Source: Gemmatimonadota bacterium
Lineage (GTDB): Bacteria > Gemmatimonadota > Gemmatimonadetes > Gemmatimonadales > GWC2-71-9
Length of the DNA: 64,000 nt
Reading direction: 5' to 3'
Assembly (NCBI GenBank): GCA_036679605.1
Contig: JAZDCZ010000386.1
Span: 66,311-130,310 of the forward strand
Shown: positions 1 to 10,448 of the stretch, piece by piece
How the letters are laid out: every line of letters begins with the position of its first letter
Position numbering within the stretch: the first letter of the stretch is position 1
Notes under the pieces: model-generated
Database searches by the model: none
What the model was told of the DNA's origin: nothing
The model's input: the letters and a program-made list of their open reading frames with translations, nothing else
Made by a program: the position numbers and the translations under genes

Positions 1-2620
1 ACTCCAAGCGGAGCGGCCACAGTGATGCTACGAAACCGAACGGGACGCGTTCGATGCTATAGCGCTCCGTCGCCTGTCGCCACGTCTCATAAGCAGCGAG
101 GGTGTCGCCCGCCGCCACCTGACTCAGCGCCGTCATGCCCTCCACTAAGCTTTGCTCCTGGGGGGTGGCAGCGGCCTCTGCAGCGAGCGAACGCAGGCGT
201 GCCAGCGCAGTTGCCGCGGCGCCAGGATCCCGCTCGCTGTACCACCGGGCCACCAGCCAGTTCGCGACGGGGTCTTCAACCGCTTGCGCCATGAGTCGCG
301 CGGCAGATCGGCTTTGCCCTTCTTCGTCGGCGAGCGGGACAGTCTCAGTTACGGCCGTCAAGACAATCCAGCGATCCAACTCAGTCCGCGGGATGTTCCG
401 GCGTCGCGCCTCGCGCATCAGAGTGTCGACTGACGCGACCCGACCGGCTCCCAACGACGCTGCCATCTGCATGCGAAAGGTGATCGCCCGATCCTGATCC
501 GTAGTGGCCCGTTCCACGAGGGCGTCCAGCGCAAGCCCAGTCAGCGCCCGCTCGGGCACCCCCAAATCAGGATTGGCACCGCCCATCGCTACAACTTCCA
601 GCGCGGCCGTTGGTCTCACGTCGAACGACCCCGTTACACCGAGCGCCGCCTTGACGCCGCGATAGAGCGCCGAGTCGACCATGCGCACCAACTCAGCCCA
701 TACCGAGATACTGTCGATGGCGAGATACGCTTCGAAGTAACGCTGGGCCGCACGCTTATTCTCCTGCAGCACTGCGATCAACCCGAGATGGGAGATTGCA
801 GCGGCGAAGGACGGATCGAGTTCGTGTGCCCGGACGAGGGCGAACTGAGCGGCAGCCGGCGGTGTCCCAAAAAGCGGCCCGAAATAGACCTCCAGAAACC
901 CCATGAGAAACCATGCGTCGGCCGCGTCGGGATGTTGGCTCACGATCTCCTGCAGGATGTCGTGAGACTGTTGCAGACGACCCTCGGCTACGAGGATCTC
1001 GTACGCCCCGAGGAGGGCGTCCGTCGTTGGGTCGAGTCCGGCCCGATAGTCCCGCGCTGCATCGAGCGCAGACCGTATGGCACCGGTCACGCGCGTCGGC
1101 CTCGCCCGGAAGACCTCGCATAACATCTTCTTGAAGTAGGCCGGTGCAAAGGTGGAGTCAGCGGCGATGACCGCTTCGTAACGCTCGATCGCCTGGTCGT
1201 ATGCCGCGCTGCGATACAGTTCATCGCCGGCGAAATACGCCTGAATAGCACCCATCCCAATCGGAAGCGCCGAACTCCACCCGGTTTGCTCTCGGGCCAA
1301 TTGCTCTGCAAATGTCTTCGCGACGAGGTCCGACACGATTCTTGACAGGCTGTCGACGGGACCGTCTGCGTCGGCACTTCGCAAGATCATCCCGGTCGAC
1401 GCATCTCGAATTTGCACATCCACCCGAATGCGGTCGGTCTCGACCTCAACACGGGCGACGAGCAGCTCTGAAGCACCAAATCGCGACGCCGCGAGACTCG
1501 CGACCGAGTCCCATTGCTGGACCGAATCTGCTACAACGGGCATTGCTTGGGCGAGGGCGGCTGACCCGACCACTCGGTGCTCGGGAAGCCAGCGGAGCTG
1601 ATCCTCGAACGCCCGTGCAAGCCCTTGCTCCAACGCCGGGTCCGACCCGCCGGTCATGATCAAGGGTGCGACGGCGATCGTCTTCAAGTTCGCCGCCTCG
1701 GAAGTCTCGCCGAGCCAGCGCGACAAACCGATTCCAACTACCAACAGCACAGCGGCAACCGTCACGGCAGTCAGGATCCTCGCTGTGGGATCTGACTTTC
1801 CTCTCGCTATCTCCAAGGTGTCGAGCCAGCTACGCACTGACTCGGGCCGGTCCTCACGATCGAAGGCAAGAGGCGCAATGAGAACACGTCGTACACCGGA
1901 ACGAACATCCGGTCGAGCGGTGCGAAGTGCGTGCTCCACCTGTGCAGGATCACTGAGCTTGTACGCCGGCTCGCCGGTGAGCGCTTCAAAGGCCACTTCG
2001 CCTAAGGCAAAGAGATCCGCCCGCCCATCGACATCGGGCATTCCCATGGCCTGCTCCGGTGCCCAGTACGCTGGAGTGCCGACGGCCATGCCGGTCCCGG
2101 TAATCCCGGTCTCCTCCGGTTGAATGCCTCTGGCGATCCCGAAGTCCGCGATCAGCCAGCGTCCCGTCGCGTGTTCGCGGAGGATGTTGGCTGGTTTCAC
2201 ATCTCGATGGATGACGCCACGCTCATGTGCGTGGGCGAGGGCCGAGCCGATCTGTTCTACCAGCAGACGCACTTCAGAGAATTCCAGCCGGTTCTGCTTC
2301 TCGAGCAGCTCAGCGAGCGAATCGCCCTCTATGAAGGGCATAATGAAATACGCCAACCCTTTCTCTATCTGGAATTCGAAGACAGGCACGATGTGTGGGT
2401 GTGGCAGGTTGGCTGCGAGGGTCGCCTCGCGCTTGAACCGTGCGAGTTCGCTGGAATCCGGCTCGGCGAGCATCGGCAGCACTTTGATGGCTACCTGTGA
2501 GCCCAACGAGCGATGCCGGCCGAGGAAGACAGCGCCCATGCCTCCTTTGCCAAGCAGCCGCTCCACCTCATAATTATCGTCGACAGCCGCTCTGACTTCG
2601 TTGAGGCTCGGTACGTCCAT
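1..2620 (-). CDS. Membrane-anchored Ser/Thr protein kinase with a long C-terminal helical/TPR-like region (3' end runs off the window)
   Basis: Absent from the ORF track because it has no stop inside the window. Manual translation of the minus strand from ATG at 2620-2618 gives MDVPSLNEVRAAVDDNYEVERLLGKGGMGAVFLGRHRSLGSQVAIKVL. Later motifs are HRDVKPANIL, IADFGIA and GTPAYWAPEQ (Hanks subdomains). A hydrophobic helix (ILTAVTVAAVLLVVGIGL) and a long helical repeat region follow. I checked that the frame stays open down to position 2. Confidence 0.85.
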   Translation of the reverse strand, partial: MDVPSLNEVRAAVDDNYEVERLLGKGGMGAVFLGRHRSLGSQVAIKVLPMLAEPDSSELARFKREATLAANLPHPHIVPVFEFQIEKGLAYFIMPFIEGDSLAELLEKQNRLEFSEVRLLVEQIGSALAHAHERGVIHRDVKPANILREHATGRWLIADFGIARGIQPEETGITGTGMAVGTPAYWAPEQAMGMPDVDGRADLFALGEVAFEALTGEPAYKLSDPAQVEHALRTARPDVRSGVRRVLIAPLAFDREDRPESVRSWLDTLEIARGKSDPTARILTAVTVAAVLLVVGIGLSRWLGETSEAANLKTIAVAPLIMTGGSDPALEQGLARAFEDQLRWLPEHRVVGSAALAQAMPVVADSVQQWDSVASLAASRFGASELLVARVEVETDRIRVDVQIRDASTGMILRSADADGPVDSLSRIVSDLVAKTFAEQLAREQTGWSSALPIGMGAIQAYFAGDELYRSAAYDQAIERYEAVIAADSTFAPAYFKKMLCEVFRARPTRVTGAIRSALDAARDYRAGLDPTTDALLGAYEILVAEGRLQQSHDILQEIVSQHPDAADAWFLMGFLEVYFGPLFGTPPAAAQFALVRAHELDPSFAAAISHLGLIAVLQENKRAAQRYFEAYLAIDSISVWAELVRMVDSALYRGVKAALGVTGSFDVRPTAALEVVAMGGANPDLGVPERALTGLALDALVERATTDQDRAITFRMQMAASLGAGRVASVDTLMREARRRNIPRTELDRWIVLTAVTETVPLADEEGQSRSAARLMAQAVEDPVANWLVARWYSERDPGAAATALARLRSLAAEAAATPQEQSLVEGMTALSQVAAGDTLAAYETWRQATERYSIERVPFGFVASLWPLRLE

Positions 2621-2893
2621 GCTTCCCGTCCCCCAGGGGTTAAGACCTTCCCCGACAAAGTTCCTCAGCCGTTCCTCGAGGCGCCAGCGTCCCCTAGGCT
2701 TCGGTTAGGAATGTCAGTCGGTCCTCCCAAAGTAGAACTGGGTGAGTCAACCGTCCAGTGAGTTTGATGTGCTTGCGGTCTGATCTGTGGGCCAGTGGAC
2801 GCGAACGGGATGCAGGAGTCGCGTGTGGAAAGACCGTTACGCTAAGGTCTCCATTCATGGTAACCAGCCGGTTCCCGAGCTAGCTTACTCCGC

Positions 2894-4492
2894 ATGACCA
2901 CCCAACTGGAGATGTTGCGCGAGGCGCTGCAAGGCCGCTACGATATTGTTCGCGAGGTCGGTAGAGGTGGGATGGCCACCGTCTATCTGGCCCAGGACGT
3001 GAAGCACAATCGGCCCGTTGCAGTCAAAGTGCTGCGGCCGGAGCTGGCCGCGTCGCTTGCGGTCAATCGGTTCCTCAAAGAGATCGAGATCGCAGCGCAG
3101 CTAAACCATCCCCACATCGTGCCGCTCCTGGACTCCGGTGACCTGGACGGCGTGCTCCATTTCGTCATGCCGTTTGTGGAAGGACACTCGGTTCGTGGCC
3201 TCCTGGATGGAGAGCAGCCGATCACGCTGCCGACCGCACTTGCGATCACCAAGGAGGTGGCCGACGCCCTGAGCTACGCTCACCGCAAGGGCCTGGTCCA
3301 TCGGGACATTAAGCCGGAGAACATTCTTCTCTCGGAGGGGCATGCGGTGGTCGCGGACTTCGGGATCGCCAAGGCCATCAGTACGGCGGGCGGTGACAAG
3401 CTCACGCGTACGGGGTTCCCCATCGGTACCGTCGGCTACATGAGTCCGGAGCAGGCGGCCGGCCGTACCGATCTCGACGAGCGGACCGACGTGTACAGCC
3501 TTGCCAGCGTATTCTACGAGATGATGGTAGGGGAGGCGCCCGGCATGTGGGTGACAGACGAATCGATGAAGTACAAGCGCTTCGTCGACGCGCTTCCGGT
3601 GCATCGAGAGCAGCTCGACCGCCTCCCCGGTGCCGTCGAGCAGGTGCTCGTGCAGGCGATGAGCATACGTTCGGAGGACCGGCACATCACACCTAACGAC
3701 TTTGCGGCCGCGCTCGAGCAGGCCGTACAGCGCAAGCCCGCATACAACGAGTCCCAAGCACGGTCCGTGATCCGGCAAGCAGCGGAGCAGCAGCTGGAGC
3801 ATCCGACGGAGGAGGAGGGTGCTCTGTCGCTTGCGGGGATCCAGCGTATTGGCGCCGAGGTCGGACTATCGCCGGAACGGGTGCAGGAAGCTGCGCTGGC
3901 GGTGGCCGCGCCACCGGCAGTACCGGCGATGCCGTGGCGGGGAGGACTCTTCGGTGCTCCATCGAAGATCGACATGGAGCGCACGCTGGATACGGAATTG
4001 CCGGCCGAGGCGTTCGAGGGCCTGCTGGAAGAGGTGCGGGCGATCACCGGCGAGGTCGGCCGCATCAACGAAACTCTAGGGAGGTCGCTATCGTGGAACT
4101 CTCTCAGCTTCCAGAACTCGTTCGAGGGAACTGGACGTCTCATCCACGTGATGGTCAAACCGAAGGATGGCAAGACCCGCATCCGGATCACCGAGAGCGC
4201 CGGGGTGCATCCGTTGTTGTTCCTGGGGACGCTGACAGGCGGAGGAGCGCTGGGAGTCGCGATGTCACTGGCCAGGTTGAACAACGGTGGTCCGTTCTGG
4301 CTGGCCGCTTCGATCCTCGCCGCGACCTGGGGCGCGACGTACGTCGTCGCCCGAACCGGGTTCCGTGGTTTCATCAAGCGGCGGGTCCGGATCCTGTCGG
4401 GCCTGTTGAATCGTTTGTCGAACCACGTCACATCTACAGTCCCCGGTTCGGCCGTAACGCTCGCCGGAACAGATGAGGACGGTGGTGGGTGA
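2894..4492 (+). CDS. Ser/Thr protein kinase with an uncharacterised C-terminal module ending in two hydrophobic helices
   Basis: The 532-aa ORF carries GRGGMATVYLAQD..VAVKVL, HRDIKPENILL, DFGIAK and GTVGYMSPEQ. The C-terminal ~240 aa have no motif I recognise and end with LLFLGTLTGGGALGVAMSL and FWLAASILAATWGATYVVA. Confidence 0.9.
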   Translation: MTTQLEMLREALQGRYDIVREVGRGGMATVYLAQDVKHNRPVAVKVLRPELAASLAVNRFLKEIEIAAQLNHPHIVPLLDSGDLDGVLHFVMPFVEGHSVRGLLDGEQPITLPTALAITKEVADALSYAHRKGLVHRDIKPENILLSEGHAVVADFGIAKAISTAGGDKLTRTGFPIGTVGYMSPEQAAGRTDLDERTDVYSLASVFYEMMVGEAPGMWVTDESMKYKRFVDALPVHREQLDRLPGAVEQVLVQAMSIRSEDRHITPNDFAAALEQAVQRKPAYNESQARSVIRQAAEQQLEHPTEEEGALSLAGIQRIGAEVGLSPERVQEAALAVAAPPAVPAMPWRGGLFGAPSKIDMERTLDTELPAEAFEGLLEEVRAITGEVGRINETLGRSLSWNSLSFQNSFEGTGRLIHVMVKPKDGKTRIRITESAGVHPLLFLGTLTGGGALGVAMSLARLNNGGPFWLAASILAATWGATYVVARTGFRGFIKRRVRILSGLLNRLSNHVTSTVPGSAVTLAGTDEDGGG

Positions 4493-4542
4493 GCTGAGCC
4501 GAGGGAAGGCCACCCCGGCATGCGGGCCGAAGGTCTGAGCCC

Positions 4543-4815
4543 CTAGGTGATGATGTTATGGGTCTCGGAGATCTGCGGTTCCGGGGCTTCGATACCCACT
4601 TCTTCAAGGATCGGCGTGAGGGTCTCCCCGAATGCTTCGAAGGCTGCGAGCGACTCCCAAACATCCACGACGCCCAAATGGTCGGGTGTACCGTGGCAAG
4701 TATGATGCTCACGCCCCGGAGGTGCTCCAGCCCCGGCCGCTTCTAGGCGACGAAGGACCTCTGCGTACTTATCGGCCGTCATGTTGGTAGCTGGGAAGAT
4801 CACGGTAATGGACAT
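4543..4815 (-). CDS. Small hypothetical protein (90 aa), possibly a ferredoxin-like/ABM-type fold
   Basis: Intact ORF with a GGAGG Shine-Dalgarno 6 nt upstream of the ATG on the minus strand. No diagnostic motif. The fold guess rests only on size and composition. Confidence 0.55.
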   Translation of the reverse strand: MSITVIFPATNMTADKYAEVLRRLEAAGAGAPPGREHHTCHGTPDHLGVVDVWESLAAFEAFGETLTPILEEVGIEAPEPQISETHNIIT

Positions 4816-5027
4816 ACAAACCTCCGAGGGAAAAGGGATCCAACAGCTTCGAATGTACGGGCCACCAGGGCGCTCGGTAAGATGCTGGGTGAGGGGCAGA
4901 TTGCTACCCTGCGATCAAGATGATGTAGGTCTGGCGGAGGTATGCCACGCTACTTGCCCAGAAACTTGCCACCAATCATTTTGGCACCCCGTTAAGACCT
5001 GTTATGTTGTTGTCGTTGCGCTACCTA

Positions 5028-5100
5028 GGGGCGGTAGCTCAGTTGGGAGAGCACCTGCCTTGCACGCAGGGGGTCGTGGGTTCGAGCCCCATCCGCTCCA
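5028..5100 (+). tRNA. tRNA-Ala (anticodon TGC)
   Basis: GGGGCGGTAGCTCAGTTGGGAGAGCACCTGCCTTGCACGCAGGGGGTCGTGGGTTCGAGCCCCATCCGCTCCA folds as a cloverleaf. The anticodon loop is CTTGCAC, the G3:U70 alanine identity pair is present, and the T-loop is TTCGAGC. CCA is not encoded. Confidence 0.95.
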
Positions 5101-5146
5101 TTCTTGCAACACAAGACTCCGCACCGAAGTGTGACGCTGGGAGCCC

Positions 5147-7618
5147 TTACTCCTCTCTGAGCGCCACTACGGGATCGATCCGCGTCGCGCGCCGCGCCGG
5201 CGCCCATGATGCGATGATCGCCACCACGATGAAGACAGCCGCCATCGCCGCGTACGTCGCCATATCGGTTGCGGGGACCTCCACCAATAGACTCTGCATC
5301 AACCGCGTCGCCCAAAGGCTTCCGATCAAACCAGCAACCAAACCGATTCCGGTGAGCGTGATCCCCTGGCGTAGGACGAGTTTCAGGATGTTCCCTGCCT
5401 GGGCGCCGAGTGCCATGCGCACGCCGATCTCGCCGACACGTTGCCGCACGGTGTGAGACAGCACGCCGTAGATCCCGATGCTCGCAAGCGCAAGTGCCAT
5501 CACCCCGAACGCTCCGATCAATGCCAGGGCAAACCGTGTTTCCGTCATGGCTTCATCGACGCGTGCCTCCATCGAGCGCACGTCTGACAGCGGAAGCATG
5601 GGATTGAGCTCATCGAGTTCGCGACGTACCTGCTGCACGAAGCGCTCGGGGTCCCTCGTGGTCCGCACGACGTACGCCATGTTCCCGAGAGTTCCGGCGT
5701 ACAGGTTGGTCACGTAGATGCCTTCCGTTCCGTCCCTCGCCAAAGACGGTCCACGTTGATGCTCCACGACCCCTATTACCTCAACCTCTTGTGGATCGAG
5801 TGACGTGATACGAATCAGCAGTCGCTTGTGCACGGCGCTCGCACCGGGCGCAATGATCCCCGCCAGTACTTCATCGACGACCACAACCGCCGTGCTGTCG
5901 GCAAAATCGGCGGGTGAAAACAAGCGCCCCTCGATGAGGTTGGTCCTCATCGTCTCAAAATATCCGGGACGGATGGCGCGGTACGCCGCCTGGCCGTAAA
6001 GGCTCTCATCGGTGATGGCCTCGAGCGGACCGTACCGTCCTGTAAAGAAGTTGTTCTGCAGAGGCACAGTCGAGGCGGCCGACACATGCGTGACGCCCGG
6101 AAGCGATCGGAGTCGTTCGTCAAACGTGTTGAAGAAGATGACTTTCTCGGGATCCGGGTACCGGTTTCCCGGCAGCGAAATATTGAAGGTCAGAACGTTG
6201 TTCGGATCGTAACCCGGGTCTACCCTTTGCAACGCCATGAAGCTCCGTATCATGAGCCCTGCGCCAATCATGAGCACGAAACACAACGCGACCTCCGTCA
6301 CGATGATGCCGCTGCGGAACAGACGCTGCCTAGACAACGAGGACGACCGCCCGCGGTCTTTCAGGGAATCCGTGAGGGTTGGATTCGAAACTCGAATTGC
6401 GGGAAAGAGCCCGAACAGCAGAGCCGTGGCCACCGACGCCACGACGGTAAATGCAAGAACGGGCAGATCGATGCTCACCGTCTCCATGCGCGGCAAATTT
6501 GCGGGACGCATGGCCAGCAAGAGACGATTTCCTCCTACGGCAAGCAGAAGACCGAGTCCACCCCCAGCGAGCGCGAGGACGCCGCTCTCGACGAGCAATT
6601 GACGCATGACATGGGCGCGACTTCCACCCAGTGCGATGCGAATTGCGAATTCACGTTCGCGACTGCTGGCCCGGACGAGAAACAAGTTCGACACGTTGGC
6701 GCACGCTATGAGCAGCACGAACACTACCGCGCCAAACAATGCTATGATTACGGGACGAATTTCGGCCGTCAGCTCCTCCAGCATCCCGTGGACATCAATC
6801 CGCCATCCGGCGGACTCCCGAAGGTTGGATTCCTCTCTGAATCGTGCGGTAAACGCATCCATCTCCGCCTGTGCCTGGGCGATGCTTACACCTGACTTCA
6901 ACCGCCCCACCACGGCCCAAACGACGTTGCGACGGGCTGGCCACGCCGCCACGTCGATTCGCGGGGTAGTCCACATGTCGACTCGCCGTGTGAGATTGCT
7001 TCCGGTACCGAAATGCAGTTCGGCGCCGGGCGGCATCACGCCGACGATCAGCGCGGCGTTGTTGTTGACTTCGACCGACCGCCCGATGATCTGGTTCTCA
7101 CCGCCAAACCGGCGCTGCCAGAGTTCGTAGCTGAGCACTACGCTGGCCGCGGGGATCGATGCGGCGTCGGTGTTCGGTGCGATCGGCTCCGCATCGGACG
7201 GCTCGAACCCTCGCCCAAGCAATGGCCGCACCCCGAGCACGTCCAAGAAGTTCACGGTCGTTCCCGCGACATCGATTACTTCGGGAGCGGCATCGCCGCC
7301 GGTCAGCGTCTGCGTGAAGGTGACCACGCCGCCAAGGTCCTCGTACAACGTTGCCTGTTCCTGAAAGTCACGGAGATCGGGAGGCGACAGGGGGAACTTG
7401 GGCTGATTCCGGTTCGTGAGGTTGGCCCAGATCACAACCAATTGTTCCGCATTATCATACGGCAGCGGTCGTAGCAGCACCGCTTGGACAACACTGAAGA
7501 TTGCCGTGCTGGCTCCAATGCCAAGCGCGATCGTGCCAACCGCGATCGCGGTAAACGCAGGTTGGCGCAAAAGGGAACGAACGGCGTACCGCAGGTCCCT
7601 CAGTAGTCCAGCTATCAT
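5147..7618 (-). CDS. ADOP-type (duplicated MacB/FtsX-like) ABC transporter permease, orphan
   Basis: 823 aa. The N-terminus [40 protein letters not shown] is typical of the ADOP/MacB-FtsX family. There are two FtsX-like 4-TM blocks separated by large periplasmic domains. No ATPase gene is adjacent. Confidence 0.85.
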   Translation of the reverse strand: MIAGLLRDLRYAVRSLLRQPAFTAIAVGTIALGIGASTAIFSVVQAVLLRPLPYDNAEQLVVIWANLTNRNQPKFPLSPPDLRDFQEQATLYEDLGGVVTFTQTLTGGDAAPEVIDVAGTTVNFLDVLGVRPLLGRGFEPSDAEPIAPNTDAASIPAASVVLSYELWQRRFGGENQIIGRSVEVNNNAALIVGVMPPGAELHFGTGSNLTRRVDMWTTPRIDVAAWPARRNVVWAVVGRLKSGVSIAQAQAEMDAFTARFREESNLRESAGWRIDVHGMLEELTAEIRPVIIALFGAVVFVLLIACANVSNLFLVRASSREREFAIRIALGGSRAHVMRQLLVESGVLALAGGGLGLLLAVGGNRLLLAMRPANLPRMETVSIDLPVLAFTVVASVATALLFGLFPAIRVSNPTLTDSLKDRGRSSSLSRQRLFRSGIIVTEVALCFVLMIGAGLMIRSFMALQRVDPGYDPNNVLTFNISLPGNRYPDPEKVIFFNTFDERLRSLPGVTHVSAASTVPLQNNFFTGRYGPLEAITDESLYGQAAYRAIRPGYFETMRTNLIEGRLFSPADFADSTAVVVVDEVLAGIIAPGASAVHKRLLIRITSLDPQEVEVIGVVEHQRGPSLARDGTEGIYVTNLYAGTLGNMAYVVRTTRDPERFVQQVRRELDELNPMLPLSDVRSMEARVDEAMTETRFALALIGAFGVMALALASIGIYGVLSHTVRQRVGEIGVRMALGAQAGNILKLVLRQGITLTGIGLVAGLIGSLWATRLMQSLLVEVPATDMATYAAMAAVFIVVAIIASWAPARRATRIDPVVALREE

Positions 7619-7643
7619 GATCTCCTAGTTACCTAAGTGCTGC

Positions 7644-8252
7644 CTAGCCAGTCGCTTGTAGTCTCCTGGCGACTTCCTCCCAGTTGACCACGTTCCACCA
7701 GGCTGCGACATAGTCGGGCCGCCTATTCTGGTAATTCAGATAGTAGGCATGTTCCCACACGTCCAGGCCCAGGATCGGGGTCTTGCCATCCATCAAAGGC
7801 GAATCTTGGTTCGGAGTGCTCTCGACAACCAAACCTCCGCCATCGAGCACGAGCCAGGCCCAGCCACTGCCGAACCTCGTGGCGGCGGCATTCGAGAACG
7901 CTGTCTTGAACGAAGCGAAATCCCCGAACGCGTCATTGATTCCGTCTGCCAGGGCTCCGCCGGGCTCACCACCGCCGCCAGGGGCCATGACCTGCCAGAA
8001 GAGCGAATGGTTGGCATGCCCTCCACCGTTGTTTCTGACCGCTCCTCTGATATCCTCAGGAACGTTGTTGATATCACCGATCAGGTCCTCGACACTCTTG
8101 CCCTGCAGGTCGCCGTGCTTTTCCAGGGCTGCGTTCAGCTTCGTTACGTAACCTTGGTGGTGCTTTCCGTGATGAATCTCCATAGTCCTGGTATCGATGT
8201 GCGGTTCCAGCGCATCGTGGCCATATGGCAGAGAAGGTAGTTCGTGTGCCAT
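7644..8252 (-). CDS. sodA: Fe/Mn superoxide dismutase
   Basis: [35 protein letters not shown] and [19 protein letters not shown] are diagnostic. The ORF track starts at 8291, but the internal ATG at 8252 has AAAGGAG 8 nt upstream and gives the canonical N-terminus. Confidence 0.93.
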   Translation of the reverse strand: MAHELPSLPYGHDALEPHIDTRTMEIHHGKHHQGYVTKLNAALEKHGDLQGKSVEDLIGDINNVPEDIRGAVRNNGGGHANHSLFWQVMAPGGGGEPGGALADGINDAFGDFASFKTAFSNAAATRFGSGWAWLVLDGGGLVVESTPNQDSPLMDGKTPILGLDVWEHAYYLNYQNRRPDYVAAWWNVVNWEEVARRLQATG

Positions 8253-8359
8253 TACTGATTGCTCCTTTGTGAAACGCGATGAGGGACTCATAATTAGTCA
8301 CCACGGACGCTCCGAAACAAGGGAGCGAGAACGAGAAGAACTCTTGCCAAGGAGATGTC

Positions 8360-8821
8360 ATGAGTGGTCTCAAGGTGGGTGACTCGGCACCCGAATTCAC
8401 TCTTCCGTCCACGGGTGGCGGTGAAACGACGCTCTCGTCGTTCCGGGGCGAGTCGAACGTGCTGCTTGCGTTCTTCCCGCTGGCGTTTACGGGCGTGTGC
8501 ACCAGCGAAATGTGCGATTTCACCCATGATTTGGGGCAATTCAACGACGTGGACACCAAGGTGTTTGGGATAAGCGTAGACTCTGTTCCGACCTTGAATG
8601 AGTTCAAACAGAAGAACGGGATAACAATTGATCTCCTGAACGATTTCAAAAGAGACGTGAGCCGGGCCTATGGCGTGCTGCTGGAGGATAAGTTCTTCAC
8701 TCAGCGAGCCTACTTCATAATTGACAAGAACGGGGTGCTGACCTGGATGCATGTCGAAGATGAATTGGGCCACAAGCGTGACAACGCTGAGCTGTTGGAG
8801 AAACTCGGCCAGGTCGGGTGA
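8360..8821 (+). CDS. AhpC/TSA-family peroxiredoxin (AhpE/Bcp-like)
   Basis: [11 protein letters not shown]...[18 protein letters not shown] carries the peroxidatic Cys motif. An AAGGAG RBS lies upstream. The gene is divergent from sodA. Confidence 0.88.
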   Translation: MSGLKVGDSAPEFTLPSTGGGETTLSSFRGESNVLLAFFPLAFTGVCTSEMCDFTHDLGQFNDVDTKVFGISVDSVPTLNEFKQKNGITIDLLNDFKRDVSRAYGVLLEDKFFTQRAYFIIDKNGVLTWMHVEDELGHKRDNAELLEKLGQVG

Positions 8822-8876
8822 TCCCGGGTGGCGACCAAAAGGACGTCTTGCCTTTATATTGTCTACGTTCTGCGCA

Positions 8877-10448
8877 ATGAGCGAAGCCATGTCTACTGAA
8901 ACTCGCGGTCTTCGAATTCTCGAGGATGCAAGCAGCTATCTGGCCAGCGGCATAGGATCGAAGGGCGCGCTGATGGGTGTGGCCGGCGTCCTATCCCGTG
9001 GGCTCGAGAGCGATGAATGCCGTATTTGGGTCAGAACCCCTGACGGCAGTGGCTTCGATGCGATAACCGCTGAGGGCTATCCACCGCCACCGGCCGGACA
9101 CGCCGACCTAGTGCGGGGATGGCTAAAAGCACTCGTCACAGATGAGTTAGTTGGAGATACCTGGCAGTTGCGTGTACCGCTTGCCTACGAAGGAGAGCAA
9201 CTCGGATTGCTCGAGGCAACGGTCGCTGACGGACCCGAAGTAGCAGTTCTCCGGCGAGTCGTCGCGACAGTAGCCAACGTTCTTTCGCCTCTTCTAGCTT
9301 CGGTCGAGTTGTCAGAGGATTTGGCTAGCGAGGTAGCCATGCGCACTCGCGAGACTGAGGCGCAGCGTCGGTTTACCTCGAAGATCATCGATTCACTGCC
9401 GGTGGGTCTGTACGTGGTAGACCGGTCCTACAGGATCCAAGCCTGGAACCGCAAACGAGAATTAGGCACGCTAGGTGTTGAGCGCGGCGAGGTGCTGGGC
9501 AAGCAGGTGTTCGATGTGCTACAGCGCCAACCAAGTGAACTGCTGAGGCAAGAGTTTGACTCCGTTTTCAGTACGGGCCGCATAGAGCAGCTGGAGGCGG
9601 AGTCGAGTTCCAGCGGTGAGCCGCGGCACTATCGGATTACGAAGGTGCCCATGAGGCTGGATGACGAGGAAATCACACATGTCATCACGATCGGAGAGGA
9701 CCTGACGGACTCCAAGTTGGTCCAGCGCCAAATCTCCCAGACGGAGAAACTGGCTGCCGTGGGCCAGCTGGCGGCTGGCGTGATGCATGAGATCAACAAT
9801 CCACTAGCAACGATTGGGGCCTGCGTAGAGGCTATCTCCATGAGGGGTGAGGGATTGAGCAGGTCGGAAAAGTCGTGGGCCGAAGAATATCTTCGAATCA
9901 TCGATTCCGAACTCGGTCGGTGCAAGGCGATCATCGATGGGCTCCTAGATTTCTCGCGACCGCAATCGCGGGCCATGGGTCGGGCCGAGGTGAATCAGGT
10001 CATCGAGGACGCACTCTTTTTGGTCAAGCACCACGACCGGTTTAGGCGGATTGAGCTTGTGCGGCTCCTGTCCGACGATCTGCCGGACATTCGTGGCAAT
10101 ACCGAGCAGTTGATTCAGGTGTTCTTGGCTCTGATGTTGAACTCCATAGACGCTATGGAAGGAACGGGCACCCTAACGGTTAGGACTAAGGGGAGTCCAG
10201 GGTCCGACGGTTTGGTAGTTGCTGAATTCGAGGACACTGGGATGGGAATCCCGCAAGATGAGATTTCAAAGATCTTTGAGCCGTTCTTCACCACTAAGCA
10301 GCCAGGTAGGGGTACTGGATTGGGCCTGTCGATTTGTTACGGCATTGTTCAGCAGCATGGGGGTACCATCAGCGTCGAGTCATCCATCGGCCGAGGTTCC
10401 AAGTTCAGCGTCACGCTGCCGACCTATAGCGAAGAGACCCTCTCATGA
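8877..10448 (+). CDS. Soluble sensor histidine kinase (GAF-like N-terminus, PAS, HisKA, HATPase_c)
   Basis: H-box [11 protein letters not shown]-box LMLNSIDAM, and G-boxes DTGMGI and GTGLGLSI are present. No TM segment is seen. The track ORF starts at 8751 inside the peroxiredoxin gene, so I prefer ATG 8877 (MSEAMSTE). Confidence 0.85.
   Translation: MSEAMSTETRGLRILEDASSYLASGIGSKGALMGVAGVLSRGLESDECRIWVRTPDGSGFDAITAEGYPPPPAGHADLVRGWLKALVTDELVGDTWQLRVPLAYEGEQLGLLEATVADGPEVAVLRRVVATVANVLSPLLASVELSEDLASEVAMRTRETEAQRRFTSKIIDSLPVGLYVVDRSYRIQAWNRKRELGTLGVERGEVLGKQVFDVLQRQPSELLRQEFDSVFSTGRIEQLEAESSSSGEPRHYRITKVPMRLDDEEITHVITIGEDLTDSKLVQRQISQTEKLAAVGQLAAGVMHEINNPLATIGACVEAISMRGEGLSRSEKSWAEEYLRIIDSELGRCKAIIDGLLDFSRPQSRAMGRAEVNQVIEDALFLVKHHDRFRRIELVRLLSDDLPDIRGNTEQLIQVFLALMLNSIDAMEGTGTLTVRTKGSPGSDGLVVAEFEDTGMGIPQDEISKIFEPFFTTKQPGRGTGLGLSICYGIVQQHGGTISVESSIGRGSKFSVTLPTYSEETLS

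Noticed and set aside
22-2573. Many + strand ORFs of 60-155 aa in the first 2.6 kb of the ORF track.
   Set aside because: They are Arg/Ala/Ser/Pro-rich shadow frames opposite the long minus-strand Ser/Thr kinase ORF. That ORF has clear Hanks motifs and stays open to the window edge.
3514-4521. A long antisense ORF (335 aa). Similar large ORFs lie opposite real genes, for example 6086-6895 (+), 15229-15885 (-), 24062-24688 (+), 38464-39120 (-), 57918-58577 (-), 61760-62527 (-) and 63205-63747 (-).
   Set aside because: This is typical GC-rich shadow-frame composition (R/P/S/A-rich with no motifs). Each fully overlaps a gene with strong family signatures on the other strand or frame.
4940-5000. 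TTGCC/TGGCAC-like words upstream of tRNA-Ala, considered as a sigma54 -24/-12 promoter.
   Set aside because: The spacing and the -12 TTGC element do not fit the TGGCAC-N5-TTGC consensus on either strand.
5028-5100. tRNA-Ala, and also tRNA-Leu (36312-36395) next to smpB, considered as possible integration sites of genomic islands.
   Set aside because: There is no integrase, no direct repeat of the tRNA 3' end and no phage or plasmid genes nearby. The flanking genes are ordinary chromosomal functions.
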